A DNA stretch of 54,929 nucleotides, counting the filler, from Bipalium vagum (taxonomy: Eukaryota): assembly GCA_037834085.1 (NCBI GenBank). It is 3 parts of 3 records of this genome, joined end to end, with 100 filler letters (N's around TTAATTAATTAA, not from the genome) between each part and the next. Parts side by side here need not be neighbours in the genome. Positions count along the whole stretch, not along the records: positions 1 to 16,486 come from JBBMKC010108962.1; 2 more parts are not named here. The stretch is one strand, 5' to 3'. Both the position numbers and the translations under genes were made by a program. This document shows positions 1 to 11,200 of the stretch, piece after piece. Numbering within the stretch: position 1 is the first letter of the stretch; the number at the start of each line of letters is the position of its first letter. The notes below the pieces were generated by a model. It was not told the origin of the DNA, did no database searches, and saw only the letters and a list, made by a program, of their open reading frames with translations.

Positions 1-14
1 ATAGTAAATTATTT

Positions 15-92
15 ATTATTATTATTATTATTATTCTTATTATTATTATTCTTATTATTCTTATTCTTATTATTATTATTATTATTATTATT
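15..92. repeat. (TTA)n microsatellite with TTC interruptions
   Basis: Directly visible trinucleotide repeat. Confidence 0.9.
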
Positions 93-94
93 TG

Positions 95-1325
95 CTTTGA
101 AATTCCTACGAGGTCTTTTCATGCACATAAAAAATCAAAGGATAGTCCCAATCGCCCAATCGCCCAATCGCTGTTCATCTGTGATTGATGATCATTCTAT
201 TGTGAGTTCAGGAGATTCAGCATCAGTATCGATTAGCTCCGCATCTTTGCTGAGGTCTTCTTTGGATCATCGTGGAACTTTTTTCTGGGTCTCCTTGGTA
301 TTGTTTTTCAACATTCCACGAGTTTTGTGAAGGTGACAGTTGATTTTACTGAAGAAAGTGATATTTTTATTTATTTTTCTATTTATTAAGGTTACAATTT
401 AATTTCACTGAGGCTTTTATAACTTTAAAAATCAATAAAGCCATTTCCATGTGGTCCATAAAGACCACTATCATAGCACTTGAATGTCGTTTGGCACCTT
501 GGTAGCGGGATCGGATAGTTGAATTCTGAGTTGTCAAAGATGTTCCTACTATACGACTCAGGAGACTTCGTTGGTATTGGTGCAAGACTTTTCGAACTAT
601 AGTGTCGTTGCCGGTCTTCGAATTGGAGACGCCATCTGCTTGATGGATAGGTCCTGACCCCCGTCAACAAATGATGTGTCAGATTGACAGCTACGTGCAG
701 CGGGTCAAATTTACCGATCGTTAGAAGATACAACTAACTTTAAAAAGTCTTACTGTCAATGGTAATACGTCAAACGATCTCGAGACCTGTTCTGAAACCT
801 TAAAGCGGAATTCTTATGTGAAAATCAATTTTATCACTTTAAATTACTTTTGCCTTGATTAGAAGGTCATGAGATTAATGATACGATCCTTTACATTGCT
901 TCAGTTTTCATTAATCCTTTTAATCCATTGAAATATACTTTGTACCCATCAACGTCTATTCTAAGAAACCTCTCTGAGGAAAATAATGTGCTGGTTATGA
1001 AGGTCTCAGAAAAAATACCACTCCGTCGACTATATTGACTATATTGATTGCGCAATTGTTCCGTTATCATTCAAAAGAATTGCGTTAGTGTAAAGGAAAG
1101 AGATTGAGTTGACTTCCGGTCAGCAAAAGATCTCTTCAGAGATAATTTTCATCGCTTTTCAGATAACGACTGAATTCTTGTTTCAATTGGTTAAGAACAT
1201 ATCCGAGTCCTGTTCCGACCTTTCCTTCGTTTTTTCATCAAGAATTTCCATCATTTCTCTATTGCTGAACTGTCAGAATGCAAACCACCGACCTCAAAGA
1301 AAACCGGAAGTAACACTTTGCTAAA
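95..1325 (-). pseudogene. Degenerate coding-like segment of unknown identity
   Basis: Higher GC than flanks; minus-strand frames read as protein broken by stops (e.g. LNQLKQEFSRYLKSDENYL*, KINCHLHKTRGMLKNNTKE); a ~48-nt GT..AG intron-like stretch near 349-395. No family recognised. Confidence 0.25.
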
Positions 1326-1351
1326 CTTGATTAAAAAATTGAAATTATTTA

Positions 1352-1354
<3 letters not shown>

Positions 1355-1413
<59 letters not shown>
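1355..1413. repeat. (TTA)n microsatellite
   Basis: Directly visible. Confidence 0.95.
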
Positions 1414-1415
<2 letters not shown>

Positions 1416-2805
1416 AAGTATAAAATAGATCGAGTTTTGTATCTTTTATCTTTTATCAAATCCGTTATTTATTATTATTTTATCTATCAGTTATTGATTT
1501 AAATTTATTGAATTAAATTTAGTAAATAAAAAATCATTTAAAGAAATTCTCAATAATGTTAGTTGCAGATAAACATGAATAGTAATTGAAAATGTTGTTG
1601 ATTTTGAACTGCAAATCAATATCATATTTTGATTGGTATAATACATGTGGAGATCACGACAAGGTGCCGCTCAAGTAGGAGCGTCCAGAGACGAAGACTT
1701 ATTTAAGTAATGTTTATTTCAGATAATTTACATTTTCATTTGTTTTTAAATTTCAATTTTTCAGTAAAAAGTGACTTATTTTATTCAATCATTTAATAAC
1801 TTTACTAATTTATGAAAGTTTTCGAAATGATGTGCTGAATTACGGTAAGGAATTCTGTAATAAATAAAGTACTGTAAGAAACAAGTAAATTGCAAGAAAC
1901 TATAAATCACAAACTGGATCCACAAAGTATGGAGGAAATAGATTAAAAGTAATATGAGGATAAGTAAGGGTCTCTTGGCTTAATTATTCATCAATTTAAT
2001 TAACTCAATTTTAGCAAAATGTGCATTGAGGTGTGATGCTATGATCCCATCTTAGCGTTAAGTGAGAAGTAGCACTTTTTGCAAAGCTATGAGTCAGATG
2101 AGAGAAATGACGTCATTTAGATATAAGGAACTATTGAATTGATACAAAAATAGATTCAAGTAATTAATATTTTTCTTTTCAACTTTTATCTTTAGATTGT
2201 AATCCCACCGAACTATTCCGATTAAACAAGTCTCTTATCAGAGGAACTCATCACTTACTTTTAAAGTTTGAGATTATTCGTATTGGTTACTTAAAGTTAT
2301 TAAGTTGGTATTTGGTGATAATACAAATATATTTTAGTTTCAATAAAGCGTGTTTATTTATAGTGTTGATTTTTATTTGTGAATCGTATCTGAATGTTTG
2401 GGAGTCAGATTGTATTTGATATTACAACTGATTAAGAAGGTTTTCCCTCAATAGACTATTAGAAATAAGCGATAAGTAAAGTAACGGTTGATAATAAATT
2501 AATTACTTCGATTTTTGTACAAGTTAAAGTTAAGCATTTGACAGATCAAGCATCACCGAGTAAAAATATGACTCAGGTCTCAAATAAACCTTAACATACA
2601 TATGAAAAGTATTTTATGGCTTAAGGTAAAAATTTTAAAAATTCAATTATTTAAAAATATAAGATGACACGTTTAAAAATATATACACAAGTAACCTATT
2701 TTTTAAGAACATAACAGAAAAATTTTCCTAGTGGTAAATACAATCTATATATCTTGTTGTTTGTTTAAAGTTATCTGCATACATCTTCTGAAGGTCTTCA
2801 ATCGC

Positions 2806-3051
2806 CTAGGAGCCGTACGTATTATTAAAGTTTTTTGTGGTACTGGAGTCTTTGTTCACTTTTCTTGGTTCTTCGTTCATCTCGGATTTGCCAAGGTCGA
2901 CTACGGAAAGTTTTTCATAAATCAAACTAATTTTTTCCTCCAACACATCCAACCTTTTAATGATGCAGTTCTGAGCCTCCATGATTTTAGAGCCTTCCAC
3001 AATTTCATGTAATTTTACATATCGTGATTTGCGATTTACATCTTTCTCTCC
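2806..3051 (-). CDS. Possible terminal coding exon of an unidentified gene (short coiled-coil)
   Basis: Acceptor-like ttttaag followed by open frame EKDVNRKSRYVKLHEIVEGSKIMEAQNCIIKRLDVLEEKISLIYEKL...YGS*. Upstream exons could not be resolved. Confidence 0.25.
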   Translation of the reverse strand, partial: GEKDVNRKSRYVKLHEIVEGSKIMEAQNCIIKRLDVLEEKISLIYEKLSVVDLGKSEMNEEPRKVNKDSSTTKNFNNTYGS

Positions 3052-4384
3052 TTAAAATGTTGAAGAAAAATTCTAATTTCTTTTTAATAATAAAATATAA
3101 TTTTACAGATACAAAAAAATTATTTGTCAGAAGAGATTAAAAGAAATTGAAATATTTACGAAAATACTTAGTCAAAATATTTTTAAAAGGGAATATGTTA
3201 CCAGGTCGAATATTAAATAAGAAGTGTAAATCAAAAGTGAAAAATGAACTTGATTTTATTTCAAACAATCCAATAAGGAAAAATTTAAATTGAAAGTTTT
3301 ATGAATGAGAAAAAAATTTACATCATAAAAAATTTAATTTAAATATAAAAATTTTAATTTTAACTGGAGTTTGTTTTAATTGGTGGTTATAAACAAACTT
3401 TAGGCGCCAGCTGTTTTAATTTTCTAATTAAATCAACTTCTAGATATATAAATTTATTTAAATTAATATATTAACTTAAATTATAAATTAATTTATCTAA
3501 ATTATTTATGTCAAAATATTTTTTTGTAAAGATTTCTAACAAAATTAAATTGATTCAACCATTTCTTTTCTTAACATGACTGATTATGATTATTATCAAG
3601 GTCTAAAGTTACTTAGTGAATATTGAAATCGATTATTGCCTTTGTTATTTTGGAGCATTTTATTCTTTTTGTTAATGAAGGGTTTTGGAAGAAAGTTGTG
3701 CTCGGACTCCGACGTATTTTTAAAGGTGAATTCTCAAATTAAAATACTTTATAATTTCTATTAATAGATTGGTCGGAAAATAATTTCAGATTTTGTCATT
3801 TTTCTTTAAACTCAAACAAATTTCGCTCAAATGAACTTTATTAAATGAATTTCAAAATATTTTAAGTAATTATTTATCAAATAATTTTATTTCATTAAAA
3901 ATATAATATTTGTTTAAATATTACAACCTTTTAGTGAAAAATTTTTTAAAAAAACCAAAGAGTATTTTATCTTTATGAATTCAAATAAAGCAATGGCGCT
4001 GCAGAGATCAGCCGAAATATTAATGTGTGTGCCATACGCCAACTCTTTCAACGTCCTTTATTATTATACATGTTAACACCTTTCGTATTATACTTCTCAA
4101 AGATATCTGGTGCTCTGAGTTATTTGATTCCTTAGACTTTTACGGAACACTTATCAATAACATATTTTCTTTTAATTAAAATAATTTTTATTTTTTAAAA
4201 ATTAATACTTTTTTACATTTTGCCATATTTATTTAAAGACTTTACTTGATCTCCTAGATACGAAAAATTCAAAGACTTCAACTCGAAGAACCCTATCAGT
4301 TCTTCAAACTGATATGGTGTATGTGTAAAGTCCAACTCACAGCAAGACGTGTTTTTTCAACGTTGGTATATCTTATCGGAGATA

Positions 4385-4406
4385 TTTATATAGCATTCTT
4401 TCAGTT
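4385..4406 (+). promoter_or_regulatory. Candidate TATA-like element and TCAGTT initiator for the lectin gene
   Basis: tttatata at ~4385 and tcagtt at 4401-4406, 30-50 nt upstream of the ATG. Spacing is shorter than canonical and the background is AT-rich. Confidence 0.25.
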
Positions 4407-4436
4407 GAGATTATACGTCTACATTTTGGTCTTGTC

Positions 4437-5024
4437 ATGAACTTGATTTTGGCGCTCTGTTTTTTGGTGTTCGGTCAACAAAGTCTGGCTGAACTGAACG
4501 TTTCCAGACTGGTGCTTTCAGATCGACTGGAGGTTGCCTTCGTCAGCGGGGATAATGAAGCAAGAATGGGTCATTTGCAGGCTCACGAGTTTTGCAGAAA
4601 CCTAACTACTTATTTGAACATAACCAGCACGAAGGACCAACCATATGTATCTGATTTATTGGCCGTTCACGACCATCGTTTGATTTCAGAAAAGCTCATG
4701 CCTTGGGTACTGGAAATCAGCCGGGAGGTCTTCTGGATTGGTGGTATTTTGAGGATTATTCCCATGCGCAGACACATAAGAAGACATCAAATTTGGACCG
4801 ACCGATCAAAGTTTTCGTCCAAGAATTTCCATCCTCATCTTATTATGCTTCATAAGCTGAGAAAGGGAGAAAGGATATGCATAACCATAGCCTATACCAA
4901 TGGTCGTTGGGGGGTGGAAAACTGCAATAAGAGAATGTTTTTCATCTGTCAGATAGTCAGACCGAATATGTCGAATAACGTTCCTCAGTTGGAAGAACCT
5001 TTAAAAATGCCAGGAACGGTCTAG
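4437..5024 (+). CDS. Secreted C-type lectin-domain protein (intronless, 195 aa)
   Basis: Hydrophobic signal peptide (MNLILALCFLVFGQQSLA); CTLD hallmarks AHEFC, FWIGG, WTD, C..(ICITI)..WGVENC....FICQ with four conserved Cys; AATAAA at ~5059. Confidence 0.85.
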   Translation: MNLILALCFLVFGQQSLAELNVSRLVLSDRLEVAFVSGDNEARMGHLQAHEFCRNLTTYLNITSTKDQPYVSDLLAVHDHRLISEKLMPWVLEISREVFWIGGILRIIPMRRHIRRHQIWTDRSKFSSKNFHPHLIMLHKLRKGERICITIAYTNGRWGVENCNKRMFFICQIVRPNMSNNVPQLEEPLKMPGTV

Positions 5025-5227
5025 GGCTCGCTTTTTCATTAAAAAAAAACTTTATTTCAATAAACTTTGATTAATTTTATTTATTTTTATATAACAAAAA
5101 TAATAATATTTGTATTACATGTGAGTTCTCATCGCTAAAAAGGCTAAAAACGTATTTGTTCTCCTGACGATGAGCTACTGTTACTTAGCGTAAAGACGAG
5201 TGAAGGTACAATGACATCCAGTGGGTC

Positions 5228-8200
5228 CTACTCCTTCTAGAGACAATTAAGAGATCCGATTAACGAAACTGGAAAGAATGAATATAACCTCAATGTCTCC
5301 TGAAGCACCCTTCTGCCATTTCCAATTGCGATAAGCCCTTTGGATGGTGCAGGCTGCCTTCTGGAGATCCTCTTCATTGTCCCTTTTCTCGTTCAGAGTT
5401 TCTCGTGACCCTTTCCGCGTACACTGGTGACCTAAATTTTTATCACTCTTGGAGTTGTATGAGGTATCAGACTTACCATTCTTTCTCCTTCTATACTCCC
5501 GGAACGCGACCTGAATAACCGTTGCTGCAGAGATTTTCTGCTTTTATCAGTAAAAAATAAATTAATTAATCATTTACTTTGAAAAAAATAATCATTTTTT
5601 GTTTAAATCATATCCATCTTTTAATTTTTTTAATTTTATTGTCCAATTAAATAATCTCATTCATGCAAAAGTAATTTTTCAAAAAAATGCTAAATATTTT
5701 TCTTTTATTTTTTAAATATGCTTTTCGTTTTATCTGCTACCCTTTAACACTTGGCCAAATTGTAAAGATTGTTTGTCCTTTAGGAGAAGAACAATAACAA
5801 AAATAGTACTCAAATATTAGGGTGGGTCAAAAGTAATTTCGTTTTTTTATGAAATAACGAAGAACGAAGGTAAGTAAATTTTTTATGAAATCTCAAATCA
5901 AATCTTCCAGTGAACTCAATGATCTTAACCCATACCATTCCTTGTCCTTGGACACGAAATACTTTTGGCACCCCTTTTTCACTTTGTCAAAATCATTAAA
6001 GGTATGTTCTTTGAGGAAATGTACCATTGCTTAGAAAAGATGATAACCCAATGAAGCAAGATCAGGGCAATATGCTGGATGTGGTAAAAATTGAACAGAT
6101 TTAAATTCTTTGATTTTTTCAATTGTCTTCAAGATGTGTGGTCTGACATTATCTTGCTGCAGCAGTACCCTATTGTTATTGACTAATGAAGGGTATTTCG
6201 GCTGCATCTTCTCATACATTTGATCTAATTGTGCACAATAAAAGTCTGCATCTAATGACATGTTCAGAATTAATTCAAAGTGAATGACGTCTTCGAAATT
6301 TCATCAAACACACAATAGCACCTTGTTAAAAACCGTTCCCTATTTGGAACTGGTTTAGCCACCTGGACAATATCCAATTATTGGTTATCTTTCTCAAGAC
6401 TGCTAAGATAGATTCATTTGTCATCTGACGTTACAATTTTTCGAATAAAACGATTTTCAAGTAGTTTAATGCATACTTCAATGCGTCACCTTGCTTGATT
6501 TTATGTTAAATTATGATTCACTTCTCCGCAGCATCTGTTGATCTTACTGATAGCTACGATGTCGGACAATTGTTCTCTGGTCCACTGCTGACAAACTTCT
6601 AGTACTATTCGATGGATTATCTTCAATTGATTTGTTTAGCTTTTCACAATTCATTTTGACTGGTCGGCCAAAACGTGGATAACCCAGAAGGTTGCTCTTA
6701 CCATAATTAAAATTTTTGAACCAGATTTGAGCTTCACTAGTTGACTCAACATCCTCATCTTCCCACTCACATTTTTTCCAGCCAACGCACTGGACTGAAA
6801 TCTTGTTTCCTATAATGTCACAGGATTGTCCGAATTTCAATACTTTTCCGTTTTTATTATCATTAAAATAAGTTATAAAATCAAATTTTGTTTTATATCA
6901 GTCCATTTACCTACTTATAGAATATTCAAAGACCTTCAAAATGATATATAATTCAATTATTTAAATGTTTTAACTAAATAATAAATTACTTTGAAATAGT
7001 TAAACAAAAGCGAAAATACTTAAGACTCACCATAATATACAAATGAGAGAAATCAGACCGCGCAAAAATGTTTTGAGCATTATTTCATCAAATTTTTGAA
7101 GTTTTATGAAATATCCGATGTATTAAGAACTTTGCAACTAATATCATTGTTAATAATATTTGTTTTCTTGAATTACTTTTCGCGGCCATTTAAAATATTG
7201 ATATAAAAATATTGTAATTAATTATTACAGTCATCGTTAAAATTCTGTTCACCCCCCATAAGAAGTGTAACTTTTAATGGAAATGAATAAGTTCAAAGTC
7301 GAAATTTATTAAATAAGTAAGTATTTAATAGTTTTAATATTTAGTAGGATATCCTTTTGATGTTTTGACTAATTACCATCTTCTTGCATAGATTTTGAGA
7401 AATTTTGTACCATTCATCTTTAACTGCCTTCCATAATCTTTCAACAGAGTTGTGTGCCATTGTTGAAAATTTTCTTTTAAGGATACTCCGTAAAGGATGA
7501 CTTTGAAAATTTTGCACAAATGATTTTTTTGTCTGAAATATGGAACTCGTAGAAAATTGCTGGTCCCAAATTATTGCAAGGTTATTCGAATGAACATAGA
7601 ACAACGTTCACTGACTATTGTCTTGAGTCATCTGCAGAAAGTTAAGATATAATTAAGGATGGCGAAGAAGATAGAATTTTTCATATGAATTAATTCAAAT
7701 CTATAAATTTAACGACTTGAGTTGACCTCTTTTTCACTTAAAAGAAATCACACTACTCCATTTTAAAAATACATTATATCTGAAAATGAAAAATGGATTT
7801 CTTATGATAATCATAAACGAAAAAAAGACGACGACTGGCGGAACTATTGCATTGAGGAGTGAACAATATTTGATCACCTTTATTGTCTCAATAATTCAGA
7901 TGGCTTGTACGATAAATAACGATTAATATATTTACACAGAACAAAGTTTATTTTTAACATAATCCCCAAGTAGGTCTATACACTCAAGTTTATTAATTCC
8001 TTCTTTATAATAAGATTGATCCAGTCAATCAAAGTAAGCACTTACTTCATGAATGATTTCAATATTCGATTGAAATTTTCGACCTGCAAGCCATTTTTTC
8101 ATGTCTGGAAAGAGGAAATAATCAGACGGAGAGAAATTGGGTGAGTATGGTGGATGTGATAGTAGTTGAAAGTGTAGTTAATACAGTTTTGTCATTGCAA

Positions 8201-11200
8201 CTGCTGATCTGTGAGGCTGTGCGTTATCATGAAGGAACAACACCGTTTTCTTCAACATTTGTGGCTGCTTCAATTTAATCTCTTCATTCAAACGGGTCAA
8301 AATCCACTATAATATTCTCCATTAATTGTTTTTCCTTTATCAAGATAATCGGCTTGAATTACACCGTGCGCATTCCAAAAAATGACAACCATGGCCTTTC
8401 CAGCAGATGCAATAGTCTTCGACTTTTTCGGAGCTGGTTTGCCTGATTTTATCCACTGCTTTGATTGATTTTTAGATTCAGGCGTGTAGTGGTGAATCCA
8501 AGTTTCATCAACAGTGATAAAACCACAAAGACATTCATTTGAATTGTCTTGGAATAAAGCCAAACCTTGGTCCGAACTTCGCATACCCCACGCTTTTCTT
8601 CAACTGTGAGCAAGCGCGGCATCCATCTCGCAGACAGTTTTCTCATTTCCAAATCTTTATGCATAATTGAAAATGTTGATCCAACTGATATGCGAACAGC
8701 CTAGGCTATCTCGCGCACTTTGATTCGTCGATCATTAAGAACAATATGGAGAATCCTTTGAATAATTTCCGATGTTTTCATTTCATTTGCAAGACCAGAC
8801 TGTGTGGAATCATATGTGCTTGTACGGCCACAACGAAATTCTGTTAACCATTTATGGATCAACCCGATTTACGGTTAGGAGTCACCATAATATTTAATGA
8901 GTCGTAAATTTGTTTCGCTGATTGTTTTACCTCTCAAAAATAATGTTTCAGGACTCAAAATTCGCGATTTTCCATTTTCATATTGATAATTGTTATAGAC
9001 ATCTTTGAAATGTGATATAATTAAAACGATTTTATTTATTTATCTGAAATTTCGGATTTCACATTTTTAATGTCTAAATTGTTTATTTAAAAAGTTTAAA
9101 AATCTTTGTGCTAAATTTTTTTTTATTTTTCATGGACTTATTGAACCGCCCTTGTATTTTATTGATATCTTTTCTGATCTTATATTGGTTGGCAAGAAGG
9201 TAATAAATAATTTTACATAACGACATTTAACTTCAATTCAACTGTATTTTAAATAAAATACTCATTGTTTAAATAATATTAAGATATTGTGGACAAATTC
9301 AAATGTCAATCAATAAGTTGATTTCATATATTTTTTGTTTCGTTTTTTTAATTTTCAATTTTAGTAAGAAATAACGGAGCAGGCATTTGAGGTAAATTTC
9401 ACTTTTCTATTATTGGAAAGGAAAAAATGCATCATAACCTCTCGAAAAATATGTGAAGTGCATAGTGATGATTCATTAAAGTTTAATGATTATAAAAGAA
9501 TGATAATGTTGGGATTAGTTTGAGAAATTTAAAAGGGAAAATAAAATAACTGAAAAATAAGCAATGATCAAGCCATCCAGTAGATGTCAATGAAAACAAA
9601 ATAAAAGGTTTAATCAAACTGGATTATCATAGACAACATGTGACATTGAAAGGAAGCTCAGTGCATTAAATGCAATATGCAAAAGGCATATTAAGCATAT
9701 GGGTTGCGCTTTACTCTGTGGTACAATTTAAAAAATTATGTTTGTATGTAATCATTACATAATCGTAAAATAAACATTAATAAATTAAAAACAACGAATA
9801 TTTAATCTACCAATATTTATTTTATAAAATGGGATAACATTCCCGTATATATCGCAGCAACTCTTCAAAGTCATCGACACCATTTAAGCGCCATTCCCGT
9901 CTGGCGAGATATTGCATAAAGTGGCCTCAAATGCCTCTTCATCCGGCTGTCGTTTCCGAAACCAATTCTTAATCGGCGCCTTGATAATAACATAATCCCT
10001 AATATCATTGAACCTTGAACTATATGGAGAAGAAGCAGCAGAGCAATGTAAAGTCATCCGACAAACCGGCAGCTTATATTCCCTCTCTCCTGAAGAAGCG
10101 TGAGGGTGCCAGAAGTAACCTTCCAACATTTGTTCCCGAAAAGCCTGTTCGTCCAGTTCAGACGAACAATGATCAGGGGTGAGACAAGTGACAAATTTTA
10201 AGATGAATTAATCAACTAAGACGAAAATGTCAATTTTTTCATAGATCAGCGGTATTGATAAAAATAAATTGATTGGCTTTTTAAGAGGGATTATGTGGTC
10301 CGAATATCGTTTGTTGTCCATTAAGACAACAAATTTTATTAAAACAAAATAATAAAATTTATATGGTACAATTTATAATTTATAATGTCATCAAAATTTA
10401 TGTGGTACAAAAATTAAATTACATGATGATTATGCAATGGTTTTTAAATTGTACCACAAAGTAAAGCGCAACCAGCATATGAGCTAAGTGGAAAAATTCG
10501 ATTTATGGGTTCCTTACCGATTTAAGAAAAGTCACACTCAAGAAAAATAGCAAATTCTTGAAATGATTGTTAATGATCGGTCAAAAGTGAATTTCCTGCA
10601 ATAACGTTCAGCGGAAAATATCATGGTCCAAGTCAGAGGAATCAGTGCTGAAAAGAAAGTTATGCTACGAGTTTACTGGTAATATCAAGAAATGATATAC
10701 TTTGAAATAATAATGTCAAGCAAACAAAGGGTTGATTCTGATGTCTACATTGATCAACTGACAAAATTGAAATCCAAGTAAAACTCAAAAAAATTTCAAA
10801 ACCTAAAGCATTGCTTCATATCATGACAATAGAAAACCACGCATTTCTTGGACCAACCAGAAAAGATTTTTGAAGCTTGTTTAGGACGTGGTGTCACGTC
10901 CACCATAGAGTCCAGACCGCACTTCTTACCATTACCATTAGTTTCTCTCTATGAAAAACTTCTTGAATGATAAAACTTTTACTAATGGTGATCACTTCAA
11001 ATACGACTTGTTGCAGTTTGTGCAAATAAAAAACTCAAAAGGTTTTACGAACGAGGAATTTTTATGCTTTCTGGAAGAGGACAGCAGGTCCTTCACGACA
11101 ATGGACAATTACGTTAATTTACAAAATATTGTTTTATGTAGTTCCAAATATTTTGTTTCTTCAAAAAAATTGATTATTACTTTCTTGTCAACCCAATAAT

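Noticed and set aside
5160-5215. CTGACGA as a hammerhead ribozyme core
   Set aside because: No properly placed GAAA or supporting stems; it falls in the likely 3' UTR of the DCX-IQ gene.
9884-10129. 81-aa ORF as a host gene
   Set aside because: Lies inside the Merlin TIRs and its end is frameshifted transposase.
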